DNA of 64,000 nt, taken from Bdellovibrionota bacterium. Lineage in GTDB: Bacteria > Bdellovibrionota > Bdellovibrionia > Bdellovibrionales > JAMPXM01. Below the pieces are notes generated by a model. It was not told the DNA's origin and did not search any database. It worked only from the letters and a program-made list of their open reading frames with translations. Below are positions 17,335 to 27,444 of this stretch, piece by piece; position 1 is the first letter of the stretch, and each line of letters opens with the position of its first letter. The translations under genes were made by a program, and so were the position numbers. The stretch spans positions 8,262 through 72,261 of the forward strand of contig CAUJGS010000041.1 of NCBI GenBank assembly GCA_963170185.1. The letters are read 5' to 3'.

Positions 17335-19841
17335 TGTTTAGCAGGTATTTTCGCACAGATTTGAAGCGCTCGATGCGAGCCAACTGGATCGCGATTGCGG
17401 TTTTGTTTCTGAGTTTCCTTGGGCCTGTCGTTTCAAGCGTTTTAAGGTCCTCGGTGGAAAGCTTTTTGGTTTCAAATCAACGCCGCATTCTGACGGCGGA
17501 TTTAGCCATCACGGCCTATCGGCCGATTCGTGAAGATGAAGTGGACCGTGTTCGCGAAGTTCTCGGAATCAAGCGCGAAGTTCGAGAAGTCGAATTCGTG
17601 ACGATGGCTCTTGGCGGCGCCAGTCAGGGAAGTCTGATCGAGGTCCACGCCGTCGAGCCCTCTTTTCCGATTGATGGTGAATTCACATTTGCCGACGGAA
17701 GCAAAAAAGCCGGCGGTCCGACGGGAGAAAACCTCTGGGTGACTTCGGATGCGGCTCTTGCGTTGGATTTGAAATCTGGCGGACGATTGAAGCTTGGCCG
17801 CGTGGACTTTTTGATCGAAAAAGTCATCACGCAAGCCCCTGGTATTTCGCGTGGTGCTTTCGGTATGGCACCGCGAGTGTACATCCCGATCGAGCAGGCA
17901 AGTCGCACGGGGCTTACCGGGTTCGGAAGTCAGATTTATCACCGCGTGTATCTTGAGACCGAAAAGCTGGCGACGAGCGAGGTGATCAAGGAAACACTAG
18001 GGGATCCGGATCTGTTTTTGCGAACACCGGACGATTCCGTTCAGGGTATCGAACGCTTCACCGGATTTGTTTCGCTCTATCTTGCGGTGGTTTCGGTTTC
18101 GCTGTTTGCGCTTGGTTGGGCGGCGGCCTTTTATATTATTCGAACGCAAGCGATTGAACGCATGCGAGCAACGGCGATTGCGATTGTGTTTGGCGGATCG
18201 CGCAGCAGCATGCTCGGTTTTGAATTCGCTCGAACTTTGGCGCTGACGGCGATTGCCGCCGTGCTTGCGATGCTGGCAGCCTGGGGAGCCGCGGAGTTTT
18301 TAGAGCCCGTCATCGGCCAGGCGTTGGCCAAACAAGTGCCAGGCAAATTTGAAATCGTACTATCCATTAAGGATTTCTTAGGGCTCTTTGTAACCTCGCT
18401 TGTGTCGGCGGTTTTGTTCACGGCGCCATTCGCGCAGCGTTTGAGGTCCTCGCAGCCGCGCGAACTTTTTGATGACTCGGCTCTTGCGCCACCTCAGGAA
18501 TCTCGCAGCGGCGTGAGGTCGATGCTTGCTTTGTCGGCGGTTGGATTTCTCACATTGGCGGCGCTTGCGAGTTGGATCACGCGCGACGTAAAACGTGGTT
18601 TTCAGCTAGCCGCGGGATTTGGCGCGGCGGCAGGCGTGATTCATTTTGCGGGAATCGGTTTGTTTCGAGCGCTTTCAACGGTGTTTCGTGCAACAGGATC
18701 AAGTGCCTTCTTGCGCTTGGTCGGGCTTCAACTTTCACGCGCGCGATTTGCCGTGAGGCTTTCGTTTCTGGCTATCGGGCTTTCGACCTTTGTGGCGAGC
18801 AGTGTCGGGCAGATCATGATTTCTCTTGGCGACGAGTTGGGAGCGGGCGGAAAGCTTGATTCGGCGCCAGATTTTTTCCTGTTCAACATTCCGGAGTCGG
18901 AAGTCGAAAACCTGCAAGCAACGGTTGCCAAGTACGGCGTGAGCCTCGATTTTCTTTCGCCGATGATATTGGCGCGTCTTCAGGCCAAAAACGGCGAAAC
19001 CATGGAGAGCGAGCAGTTTCGAAAGTTCCCGGTTCGCATCACTTGGCGCGAAAAAACCATCGGTAGCGAAAAGATCGTCAAAGGCAAACCTCTTCACGAA
19101 AAGTATGACCCAGCCGTCGACGGCGATTTGCCGCTGATCAGCGTCGAATCGCGCTTTCTTGAGCGAAACAAACTGGGAATCGGTGATCGCCTTCTCTTTG
19201 ATGTACAAGGTGTCCCGGTCGAGGGGAAGATCGGCAACGTTCGTTCGGTGCGGTGGACGGATTTCAATCCAAACTTTTTCATCTCGTTTCAGGGCGGAGT
19301 TTTAGAAGACGCTCCAAAAACCTGGCTTGCGAATATAAAATCCAAGTCACGTGAGGACCGCATCCCACTGCAGGCCGAGATCGTGCGCAACTATCCCGAT
19401 CTTTCTTTGATCGATGTGAGTCAGGGCTTGGAAAAAATCGTCGCGCTCATGCGATCCATCTTGGGGCCGGCCGAGCTTGCGGCTTGGTTGGCTTCGGCGT
19501 TCTCGGTTTTTGTTTTGGTCACGATCGTCGTGCATTCGACCCGACTTCGCGCACATGAGATGAATCTCTTTCGGATACTCGGCGCAGAGCCGCGTCGCGT
19601 TAGGCTGCTCTATCGAGCTGAGTTTGCCCTCGCGTCGGGCTTTGGGTCATTGCTTGGAAGTGTTGGCGGCCTGGGGTTGGCTTGGTTTATCTCGATTCAG
19701 TTCTTGGATTTGGAGTTTCGCGCCGACCCGGTTCGGTTGCTGCTAACAATCTTGGCAGGATTGGCTCTCGGAACCTCTTTGGGAGAGTGGCTCTATCGCC
19801 GTACAGCTCGAGGACTTGGAATCGAGCGACGGGTCGTGTAA
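17334..19841 (+). CDS. FtsX-family ABC transporter permease (YbbP-like, duplicated FtsX domains)
   Basis: 835 aa with two clusters of TM helices separated by large loops. TGATG overlap with the ATPase gene. Confidence 0.8.
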   Translation: MFSRYFRTDLKRSMRANWIAIAVLFLSFLGPVVSSVLRSSVESFLVSNQRRILTADLAITAYRPIREDEVDRVREVLGIKREVREVEFVTMALGGASQGSLIEVHAVEPSFPIDGEFTFADGSKKAGGPTGENLWVTSDAALALDLKSGGRLKLGRVDFLIEKVITQAPGISRGAFGMAPRVYIPIEQASRTGLTGFGSQIYHRVYLETEKLATSEVIKETLGDPDLFLRTPDDSVQGIERFTGFVSLYLAVVSVSLFALGWAAAFYIIRTQAIERMRATAIAIVFGGSRSSMLGFEFARTLALTAIAAVLAMLAAWGAAEFLEPVIGQALAKQVPGKFEIVLSIKDFLGLFVTSLVSAVLFTAPFAQRLRSSQPRELFDDSALAPPQESRSGVRSMLALSAVGFLTLAALASWITRDVKRGFQLAAGFGAAAGVIHFAGIGLFRALSTVFRATGSSAFLRLVGLQLSRARFAVRLSFLAIGLSTFVASSVGQIMISLGDELGAGGKLDSAPDFFLFNIPESEVENLQATVAKYGVSLDFLSPMILARLQAKNGETMESEQFRKFPVRITWREKTIGSEKIVKGKPLHEKYDPAVDGDLPLISVESRFLERNKLGIGDRLLFDVQGVPVEGKIGNVRSVRWTDFNPNFFISFQGGVLEDAPKTWLANIKSKSREDRIPLQAEIVRNYPDLSLIDVSQGLEKIVALMRSILGPAELAAWLASAFSVFVLVTIVVHSTRLRAHEMNLFRILGAEPRRVRLLYRAEFALASGFGSLLGSVGGLGLAWFISIQFLDLEFRADPVRLLLTILAGLALGTSLGEWLYRRTARGLGIERRVV

Positions 19842-19887
19842 GACAAAGGGACGATTTAAGTAGGTTACAAACTCACGAACAAAGGTT

Positions 19888-20505
19888 TTGAGAGTGGAAA
19901 AACAGTCCTCCAATCAATCTTCTCGATCGATGTCCCTTCAGCCGGTTCTGATTGTTGGCGTCGTGCTTGCGCTGGCGGCTTTGGCCCGCATGATGCCTCA
20001 TACATCCAACATGACTCCGATCTTCGCAGTGGGCCTAGCAGCCGGTGCGTGGTTAGGACGCGACCGCCAAGTGCTTGCTGGTCTCATGGTGATTGTGGCG
20101 ATGCTGGTTGGCGACCTCGTACTGGGGTTTCACTGGACAATGCCGTTTGTTTATTTCGGAATGTATATCGGCGCGACTCTTGGCGCTCGATCGAGCGATT
20201 GGTTGGCGGGAGCGAAGTCTTCGTGGTCGCGCATGGGTAAGTCCTTTGCCGTCGCCGGAACTGGCAGCCTCTTGTTCTTCGCGGTTTCGAATATCGGTGT
20301 TTGGCTGATCGGAGAACTCTATCCGCGTACGCTGGAAGGCCTTGTTCAGTGCTTTGTGATGGCGGTTCCGTTCTTCAAGCAAAGTCTTGCGGCGGACCTC
20401 TTTTTTGGGTCGGTTCTTTTGTATGGTGTAGCTCTTGCCCGTCGCTCTTTCCGCGGCGTGAACTGGATCGCTTCTGAAGAGGGTGGATCAGTCCATGCCG
20501 GATAA
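19888..20505 (+). CDS. polytopic membrane protein, DUF6580-like
   Basis: ARMMPHTSNMTPIFAVGLAAGAWL resembles the RL(I/L)PHxxNFTP(I/V)GA motif of DUF6580. About 6 TM helices. Start uncertain (TTG 19888 or ATG 19930). Confidence 0.55.
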   Translation: MRVEKQSSNQSSRSMSLQPVLIVGVVLALAALARMMPHTSNMTPIFAVGLAAGAWLGRDRQVLAGLMVIVAMLVGDLVLGFHWTMPFVYFGMYIGATLGARSSDWLAGAKSSWSRMGKSFAVAGTGSLLFFAVSNIGVWLIGELYPRTLEGLVQCFVMAVPFFKQSLAADLFFGSVLLYGVALARRSFRGVNWIASEEGGSVHAG

Positions 20506-20731
20506 GAACGATCAGTGGACACAGAATATCAAGGGTAAGTACTACGTCGATAAAACCTGTATCGCGTGCGATGCCTGCTGCATCGCTGCTCCCGGCAACT
20601 TCAAGATGAATGACGAAGAAGGTCACGCCTTCTTGTCGAAACAGCCTGATTCACAGGAAGAAGAAGAGCAGTGCAACGAAGCGATGGCTGGTTGCCCTGT
20701 TGAAGCCATCGGAAGCGACGGCGAGTCTTAA
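20495..20731 (+). CDS. small single-cluster ferredoxin
   Basis: CIACDACCIAAP ... CNEAMAGCPVEAI, the CxxCxxC...CP pattern. 78 aa from MPDKND. Confidence 0.8.
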   Translation: MPDKNDQWTQNIKGKYYVDKTCIACDACCIAAPGNFKMNDEEGHAFLSKQPDSQEEEEQCNEAMAGCPVEAIGSDGES

Positions 20732-20778
20732 TACATCGCTTGCTCGAGCGTGCGGTGGCACGCTCGAGCTCAATTTGG
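20729..20778 (+). repeat. one-hairpin variant of the repeat family (locus B)
   Basis: TAATACATCGCTT-GCTCGAGCGTGC-GGTG-GCACGCTCGAGC-TCAATTTGG. A perfect 12-bp stem (20742-20769) lies between the ferredoxin stop (20729-31) and the MscS stop (20770-72). Confidence 0.8.
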
Positions 20779-21615
20779 CGAGGTCGGTGCGCCGCTTTGG
20801 TCGATGTGTTGATGTACGATTGTGCGAGTAGGGAACGGAATGTTGATTCCGTTTTGTCTGAAGGCGCGATCCAGCGCTCGGTACATTTCGTTCTTCACGG
20901 CGACGACGTTGGCCGTCTCTGTCCAAACATAAATATCGAAATCGATCGACGATGCGCCAAAACCTCGCATCTGAATACTCGGCTCGGGGTTGCGTAAGAC
21001 AAAGGGGTGTCCTGCGACTGTCTCGCGGACAATTTTTTCGACCGTGTCCAAGTTCGCGGCATAGTCGACACCGATCTCCAAATCCACGCGGCGAACCGGG
21101 AAATAGGAGAGATTGGTTATGCTCGATTTCACCAGTGTCTCGTTGGGAACGCGCACCATCATATTGGCCAACGTGCGAATTTTCGTCGAAAGCAAGTCCA
21201 CCGCAATGACTTCGCCGCGAAGGTCGCCGACGGCAATGGAGTCGCCGACGACAAACGGGCGTTCGATCATCAAAAAGAGGCCGCTGATGAGGTTGGACGC
21301 GGATGTTTGCGCGGCAAAGCCAACGGCGACGGTGAGCACGCCGGCCGCACCAAGAAGAACTTTGAGGTCAAACCCCAGAGTGTCCAGCGCCAGTGTGCAG
21401 GAAAGAAAAACCAGGCCCAGATGCGCGAACTTTTCGAACAGCATGCGCTTTTGTGAGTCGAGATTCTTCATGCGGCCGATCGCGGTACGAGCGCGGCGTG
21501 CGAGGAAGAAGCCGACACTTAAGATAACGAGCGCCGTGAAAAGCGATGCAATATGGCGACTTGTTATGACCTCTGAAATCTCTTTGGACCACTGTTGAAA
21601 GATACTTGGCATCAC
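20770..21615 (-). CDS. mechanosensitive ion channel, MscS family
   Basis: Three N-terminal TM helices, then ASNLISGLFLMIERPFVVGDSIAVGDLRGEVIAVDLLSTKIRT, the MscS beta-domain signature. Confidence 0.85.
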   Translation of the reverse strand: MMPSIFQQWSKEISEVITSRHIASLFTALVILSVGFFLARRARTAIGRMKNLDSQKRMLFEKFAHLGLVFLSCTLALDTLGFDLKVLLGAAGVLTVAVGFAAQTSASNLISGLFLMIERPFVVGDSIAVGDLRGEVIAVDLLSTKIRTLANMMVRVPNETLVKSSITNLSYFPVRRVDLEIGVDYAANLDTVEKIVRETVAGHPFVLRNPEPSIQMRGFGASSIDFDIYVWTETANVVAVKNEMYRALDRAFRQNGINIPFPTRTIVHQHIDQSGAPTSPN

Positions 21616-22472
21616 TTGCGCTCCCTATGAAAAGCCGAGGTGGGAGGGGTTTGTTTCGGACCCTGCACCAGCACAGGGAGCCCGGCGTCTTTTGGAAAGG
21701 TCTTTTCCGTCTTGAGCGGCTGCTGCTCGGCGATGTCGACGTTCAGCGTGTCGCTCCAAAATCCCGTTTGCGGAGAGTGGTACAGCGCTAGCCGGACGGT
21801 GGGAACAACGAGGTTTCGCATGGTTTGAGCCGCGCTCCCTTGATTGATTAAGGAAACGGGGCAGGCGACATAGTCCAAACGTGGGGAATGGTCCGTCCAG
21901 CGATCGACAGTGAGGCAAGGGCTTGGAACAAAGGCGATGTCACCAAAGGTGGTATTTGGGCCGTTCCAGGTTTTTGCCATCGGATGGATGGGGATTTCTG
22001 TGATGACGCGGGTGCCACCGTGCGCCGGCGCGATTTCGACCTGGATAGAGAGCGGAATCAGGAGTCCAAAATTCAGGCGTTCTCCGGCCGCTAAGGTGAC
22101 AGGTGTTTTGAGCTCCATAAGTAGAGGACCTACCGGATAGGTCGGCGTGAATATCAGGTCTTCGTTAGGACTCATTGAGGGTATTGTGAGCGACGTGTTT
22201 TTCGCCGGATAATAGCGGCTCAGTGCGGAAAAGGATTCGTCAGCGGATTCGTTAGCGAAACTTCCAGCGGCACTCGATGAGACGCCGATCGATCTGCGAA
22301 CGGGAAAACTGCCGGTACGGTGAACATGACGCCATGTTAGGCGCCAGAGGCTGTCGCGACGTTCGCAGAGAAGGTCAATCGGCCCGATCGTCCAAAGATC
22401 ATATCGGTCGTGTGATTGGCGGTGTCGGCCCCACCACGTATTGATTTCGGTCAGCTTCTCGGTCGCAGTCAT
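21612..22472 (-). CDS. hypothetical protein, translationally coupled to the MscS gene
   Basis: 286-aa ORF. Its stop overlaps the MscS start (GTGATG). No motif recognised with confidence. Confidence 0.6.
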   Translation of the reverse strand: MTATEKLTEINTWWGRHRQSHDRYDLWTIGPIDLLCERRDSLWRLTWRHVHRTGSFPVRRSIGVSSSAAGSFANESADESFSALSRYYPAKNTSLTIPSMSPNEDLIFTPTYPVGPLLMELKTPVTLAAGERLNFGLLIPLSIQVEIAPAHGGTRVITEIPIHPMAKTWNGPNTTFGDIAFVPSPCLTVDRWTDHSPRLDYVACPVSLINQGSAAQTMRNLVVPTVRLALYHSPQTGFWSDTLNVDIAEQQPLKTEKTFPKDAGLPVLVQGPKQTPPTSAFHRERK

Positions 22473-22572
22473 GGCTGTTAACGTACCAATTCCGAGGCGA
22501 AATTCAAGACGTGGCTATTGTGGCGTGCCGCAAGGTTTGTTTAGATAACGTGTAGAGACAAGAGGGAACGAT

Positions 22573-24882
22573 ATGGCAAGCGGCAAAGAACGGCACAAGG
22601 GAGCGATGCGGACCTCAGCGAAAAACGCGAGGGCGACGGCACCGCGACCGAAAACCACAAAGAAAGCCGTAAGAAAAAAAGTCCGCTCACTTGGCAAGTC
22701 CTACGAAAAAAAGAATGTCGATCTCGAATCTCTAGAAGGCACGGGGTCTCGTTCGGAATTCCTCAATCGGGAAGTCGAGTGGCTGGAATTTAACGGCCGC
22801 GTGCTTCACGAGGCGATGGATCGCCGCACGCCGCTTTTGGAGCGCGTGCGATTCATGGGAATCTTCACGTCCAATCTCGACGAGTTTTTTATGAAACGTG
22901 TCGGCGGCCTTCGGCATCAGGTCCAAGTTGGAAGCCGTCGTCTCGCCGGTGGCATGACGGCCGAAGAGCAGCTGAAGGCCATTCGAAAGATGGTCGTCTC
23001 GCAACAATCTAAGCAGGCCGATAGTTTCTCGAAAGTCTTGCGTCCGGAACTAAAAAAACAAGGAATTGAGCTTCTGGAGTGGCGCGAGCTGTCGGCTTCC
23101 GAGCGTCTCGTCGCAACCCAATATTTCCGACAGAATGTGTTCCCGGTGCTAACGCCTCTTGCTGTGGACCCTGGATTGCCGTTTCCATTTATTTCGAGTC
23201 TTTCGGTGAGTTTCGGTGTGACGCTTCGGCATCCCGAGCGTGACGAAAAACTTTTTGCGCGCATTAAGATCCCAAAAATTTTCCCGCAGTGGATTCGAGT
23301 GCGCCCAGAGCCTACCGTGGGAGCCGCGCACGACAGCGGACACCGCTTCGTTTCGCTCCTTGATGTGATTCAGCACAACTTGCGCGATTTGTTCCCGGAC
23401 ATGGAAGTCATCGACGTCATGCCGTTTAGAATCACGCGAAATGCCGAAGTCGAACGCGAAGAGGAAGACGCGGAAGATCTTTTGGAGATGATCGCCGAGG
23501 AGCTTAAGCAGCGTCGCTTTGGCGACGTCGTGCGATTCGAACACGGCCCAAACCCTGATCCGTGGATGCTTCGCTTCTTGATGGATGAACTCGAGCTCAC
23601 GGAAGACTCGGTCTACGAATTGGGCGGGCTCTTTGACTACACCGATCTGAAACCGCTTTTAGAGCTTCCGCTGCCGCAGTTGAAGTACGAACCGTGGACG
23701 CCACTGGTGCCTCCTCGGCTGATGGACGATCGTGTGAGTATCTTCGATGTGATTCGCGAGGACGATATTCTTGTGCATCACCCCTATGAAAGCTTCGGCG
23801 CCAGTGTTGAGCGCTTTGTGCGTCAGGCGGTCGACGACCCATCCGTCTTGGCCATCAAGATGACCTTATATCGGACCGGAGACGACTCGCCATTTATCCC
23901 GCTTCTGATTCGTGCCGCGGAACAGGGTAAACAGGTTGTTGTGTTGATCGAGCTCAAAGCGCGCTTCGATGAGGCGCGAAATATCCACTGGGCTCAGGAG
24001 TTGGAAAACTCAGGTGTTCACGTCGTGTATGGAGTCGTCGGCCTTAAAACCCATGCCAAGACGGCGCTTGTGATTCGTCAAGAAGCGACGGGTGTTCAGT
24101 GTTACGTTCATCTTGGAACAGGGAACTATCACAAACAAACTGCAAAGCTTTATACGGATGTCGGGTACTTCACGGCTAAGCCCGAGTACACCGAAGACGT
24201 GGTAGAGCTCTTTCATTTCCTCACGGGCCGAAGTTTGAAACGCACCTACCATAAGCTTTTGGTGGCGCCTGCGGAAATGAAGGACGGAATCCTTGCGCGA
24301 ATCAAACAAGAAATCGAATTCGCCAAGGCGGGAAAGCCCGCGCGAATCATCGCAAAATGCAACTCGCTAGAGGAGCGTGATCTGGTGCGGGCCCTCTATG
24401 AGGCCTCGCAGGCCGGCGTCGAAGTCGAGCTCATCGTTCGCGGGTTTTGCTGTCTTCGCCCTCGTGTGAAGGGCCTAAGCGAACGCATTCGAGTGATCTC
24501 GGTGATCGGACAGTTTTTGGAGCATTCGCGTATCTTGTTCTTCTCTCGTGGCCAGGCGAATCCGCTGGACGGGGAGTTTTTAATCGGCTCGGCGGACCTC
24601 ATGTATCGCAACCTTCTGGGGCGTATTGAAACCATGTCGCCGATTGAATCGCCGATCGCCAAGGAACGTCTGTGGGAGATTCTCGATACTCACCTTTCGG
24701 ACCGTCGTCTCGCGTGGGAGATGCAGTCCGATGGTACCTACGTGCAGTACCAGCCAAGAACAACTGCCGAGCAAGACGGAAGTCATAAGCGTTTGATGAA
24801 CTCCACTCGCCAGCGGCATCTCGATGAGCTGCGTAAGATTCAAGAGCGAAGCAGCGCCGAAGCGGAAAGCTCGGGCACATGA
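22573..24882 (+). CDS. ppk: polyphosphate kinase 1
   Basis: FLNREVEWLEFNGRVLHEA, two PLD-like HKD regions (GLKTHAKTALV, FLEHSRILFF), about 700-aa core. An extra ~60-aa Lys/Arg-rich N-terminus is present. Confidence 0.95.
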   Translation: MASGKERHKGAMRTSAKNARATAPRPKTTKKAVRKKVRSLGKSYEKKNVDLESLEGTGSRSEFLNREVEWLEFNGRVLHEAMDRRTPLLERVRFMGIFTSNLDEFFMKRVGGLRHQVQVGSRRLAGGMTAEEQLKAIRKMVVSQQSKQADSFSKVLRPELKKQGIELLEWRELSASERLVATQYFRQNVFPVLTPLAVDPGLPFPFISSLSVSFGVTLRHPERDEKLFARIKIPKIFPQWIRVRPEPTVGAAHDSGHRFVSLLDVIQHNLRDLFPDMEVIDVMPFRITRNAEVEREEEDAEDLLEMIAEELKQRRFGDVVRFEHGPNPDPWMLRFLMDELELTEDSVYELGGLFDYTDLKPLLELPLPQLKYEPWTPLVPPRLMDDRVSIFDVIREDDILVHHPYESFGASVERFVRQAVDDPSVLAIKMTLYRTGDDSPFIPLLIRAAEQGKQVVVLIELKARFDEARNIHWAQELENSGVHVVYGVVGLKTHAKTALVIRQEATGVQCYVHLGTGNYHKQTAKLYTDVGYFTAKPEYTEDVVELFHFLTGRSLKRTYHKLLVAPAEMKDGILARIKQEIEFAKAGKPARIIAKCNSLEERDLVRALYEASQAGVEVELIVRGFCCLRPRVKGLSERIRVISVIGQFLEHSRILFFSRGQANPLDGEFLIGSADLMYRNLLGRIETMSPIESPIAKERLWEILDTHLSDRRLAWEMQSDGTYVQYQPRTTAEQDGSHKRLMNSTRQRHLDELRKIQERSSAEAESSGT

Positions 24883-25553
24883 TCTTGGTTTATTTCCGTC
24901 ACGGCATCGCCATGGATCGCGAAGAGTTTGCGCGCTACTGCATCGAAAATGGAATCGAAGCGGACGATGAACGACGTCCGCTGACCGAAGAAGGAGTGCG
25001 TAAGACCAAGCGCACCGTGCACGGTTTGATTCGGTCGCTGAAGTCTTTGGACACGGCCGGTGTCTCGGGGCTTTCGCAAGAAGCCCGACGTGAACTCACG
25101 CGTAAGTCGACAAAGAAAAAACTTTCGCCGCTTCCTGCCTTTCGACCTTTGATCGTTACAAGTCCGCTTCTGCGCGCCAAGCAAACGGCGGTGATTCTTG
25201 CGCAAGGTTTTGCCAAAGCCGGAATTCGTTTAAAGACAAAGCAACCGTTGGAGACAACCACGCTTTCACCGATGCAAGACCCGCAGGAATTTCGCGATTT
25301 CCTCTACGGCCGGCTTCACTCCGATGACTCTCATCGGGTTCATTCGACGACCGTGGTGATTGCCGTCGGTCATGAGCCGCATCTTGGGCAAAGTGTCGCG
25401 TGGTGGATGATGGGTGAAAACCGACCGCGATTTCCATTCAAAAAAGGTGGCGCGACATGTTTGGAAATCGGCGCGGCTTTGGCACCCGGAGAGGCTCGGC
25501 TTTTATGGGCGCTGCCGCCATGGGCTTTGCGAGCAATGGCGCCGCGCGCTTAA
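24879..25553 (+). CDS. histidine phosphatase superfamily protein (SixA-like)
   Basis: MILVYFRHGIA (RHG motif), SPLLRAKQTA, AVGHEPHLG. ATGA overlap with the ppk stop. Confidence 0.7.
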   Translation: MILVYFRHGIAMDREEFARYCIENGIEADDERRPLTEEGVRKTKRTVHGLIRSLKSLDTAGVSGLSQEARRELTRKSTKKKLSPLPAFRPLIVTSPLLRAKQTAVILAQGFAKAGIRLKTKQPLETTTLSPMQDPQEFRDFLYGRLHSDDSHRVHSTTVVIAVGHEPHLGQSVAWWMMGENRPRFPFKKGGATCLEIGAALAPGEARLLWALPPWALRAMAPRA

Positions 25554-25558
25554 GATGT

Positions 25559-26551
25559 CTAAAGCATGCTAGCGAGAAGGCCATCTCGAAGCCCGACAAA
25601 GGGTACGTTTAACGTGTCCGTCGGGATTGATTCCATGATCGCGAGAGTGACGAGGGCCGCCGGTACGATGACGTCTGCTCGGTCGTTTCTTAGTCGCAAG
25701 TAGTGAATACGTTCTTTCACCGACATGGATGCCAGGTGATCGGTCAACTCGTGTAGATCGTCAAAGCTCATCGAATAAATCGAAGTTTTCGAAAGCAGAG
25801 CGACGCGAAGCTTGCCTAGACATTCGAAATTGCCGCCGGTGCCGATGGCGAAATCCACGGACTGGTTGCGAAGGTTTTCTTTGAGGTAGGTTCGCACGGG
25901 CTTCATCGCGCTCTCGATGAGGTTTGGCAGGTGCTTTTCTTTTAAGTTTTTCGAGTCCAAGGTCTCAAGAAGCCGGACCGTGCCTAGCGGAAACGAGCGT
26001 GTCGCCGAGACTTTTTTTCCATCGGCGATCGAGACTTCGACACTGCCGCCTCCGATATCAATCAAAACAGATTTCGAGCCAACCAAGTCGACACGACGTG
26101 CGACGGCCGAGAAGATCAGCTGTCCCTCTTCGAGGCCGTCGATCACTTGCAGCTGAAGTCCTGAGATCTTTTGAATTTCCGCGATCAGGCTATCTCGGTT
26201 TTTCGCTTCGCGAAGGGCGCTGGTGCCGACGGCCCGCACTTGGCGGGCATCGTGTTCTTTGATGAAACGGCGAAACTTGATGAAGGTCTCAACGGTCCGT
26301 TCGATCGACTTTTTGGAGATGGTTCCTGCGGAGAAGGTGTCCTTGCCTAGGCGCACGCCTTCGCGGAATTTTTTTAAGACCTTGATTTCGCCATTTTTGT
26401 CGACTTCGCCAATAACCAGTCGGATAGCGTTTGAACCGACGTCGATCGCTGCGAGGCGAGTCCCGGGTTGGGATTTGCGGCGATTGGAAGGTGTGTAGTT
26501 TTCGAAAGTCGAAGTCGATCCCGTCGTGGCCATGGGTCTAGTACGAAGCAA
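25559..26551 (-). CDS. ppx: Ppx/GppA family exopolyphosphatase
   Basis: LAAIDVGSNAIRLVIGE, VGTSALREAKN, DIGGGSVE: the ASKHA phosphatase motifs. Confidence 0.9.
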   Translation of the reverse strand: MLRTRPMATTGSTSTFENYTPSNRRKSQPGTRLAAIDVGSNAIRLVIGEVDKNGEIKVLKKFREGVRLGKDTFSAGTISKKSIERTVETFIKFRRFIKEHDARQVRAVGTSALREAKNRDSLIAEIQKISGLQLQVIDGLEEGQLIFSAVARRVDLVGSKSVLIDIGGGSVEVSIADGKKVSATRSFPLGTVRLLETLDSKNLKEKHLPNLIESAMKPVRTYLKENLRNQSVDFAIGTGGNFECLGKLRVALLSKTSIYSMSFDDLHELTDHLASMSVKERIHYLRLRNDRADVIVPAALVTLAIMESIPTDTLNVPFVGLRDGLLASML

Positions 26552-26628
26552 TGTCGGTCGGAAATCAAGACCTAACCAATCTCAAACTGAACTCAAACTA
26601 AGGACTGACAACGTTTCCGCGGTTTTGC

Positions 26629-27399
26629 GTGCACGATTTAGTCATGATGATAGCGGACCTCCACGTTCACTCGACCTTCAGCGATGGCAAGCTCACGATT
26701 CCGGAGCTTGTGGACTTCTACGGGACGCGCGGATTCGGCTGTATCGCGATCACCGACCATATCTGCGAGAAGAAGAGCTTTCTTGGATTCGCCGCAGGCG
26801 CCTTGAAGTTCAGCCTAAAGGAAGAGACGTTTGACGATTACCTCAGGCTGATTGCCGAAGAAGGCAAGCGTGCGTGGCGCACTTACCGTATGCATGTGAT
26901 CCCCGGTTATGAGCTCTCTAAAAACTCGTGGTCGCACCATCGTTCCGCTCACGTTTTGGGGATCGGCGTAAAAAGTTGGCTTGCGGCCGAGCTTCCGATC
27001 AGAACTATGACACGTGAACTGCGCGCACAAGGAGCGCTAAGCATTGCGGCGCATCCCGTGTTTACTGGCGTGTTGGAGCCACAAACTTTGCATCTTTGGG
27101 AAAATCGCGAAGAGCTGGCTCAGGAGTTTGATGCGTGGGAAGTTGCTAGCGGCCGCCACTTCTTTCATCAGGTCTATAGCTCAGGCTTAAAAATGGTGGC
27201 TTCAAGCGATCTTCACCATCCCAAGCAAATCCATTCGTGGAAAACTCTTCTCAAGCTTCCGCGAGGTGAGGCCTCGGTCGGTGAGGTTTTAACAGCCGTG
27301 CGCGAGCAAAGACTCGAGTTTGGTTTTTGGAATGAGGCGAGAGGGCAAATCGAGTCGACTGGCGCAACTTGTCAACCCGTGATGGCGCCGCTCTCTTAA
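26629..27399 (+). CDS. PHP-domain metal-dependent phosphoesterase
   Basis: ADLHVHSTFSDGKLTIPELV ... IAITDH ... AAHP. The start could be ATG 26644/26647. Confidence 0.75.
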   Translation: MHDLVMMIADLHVHSTFSDGKLTIPELVDFYGTRGFGCIAITDHICEKKSFLGFAAGALKFSLKEETFDDYLRLIAEEGKRAWRTYRMHVIPGYELSKNSWSHHRSAHVLGIGVKSWLAAELPIRTMTRELRAQGALSIAAHPVFTGVLEPQTLHLWENREELAQEFDAWEVASGRHFFHQVYSSGLKMVASSDLHHPKQIHSWKTLLKLPRGEASVGEVLTAVREQRLEFGFWNEARGQIESTGATCQPVMAPLS

Positions 27400-27444
27400 G
27401 GTTAATTGGCGCTTATCAAGATCACTGTCAGGAGATCCATCAAG

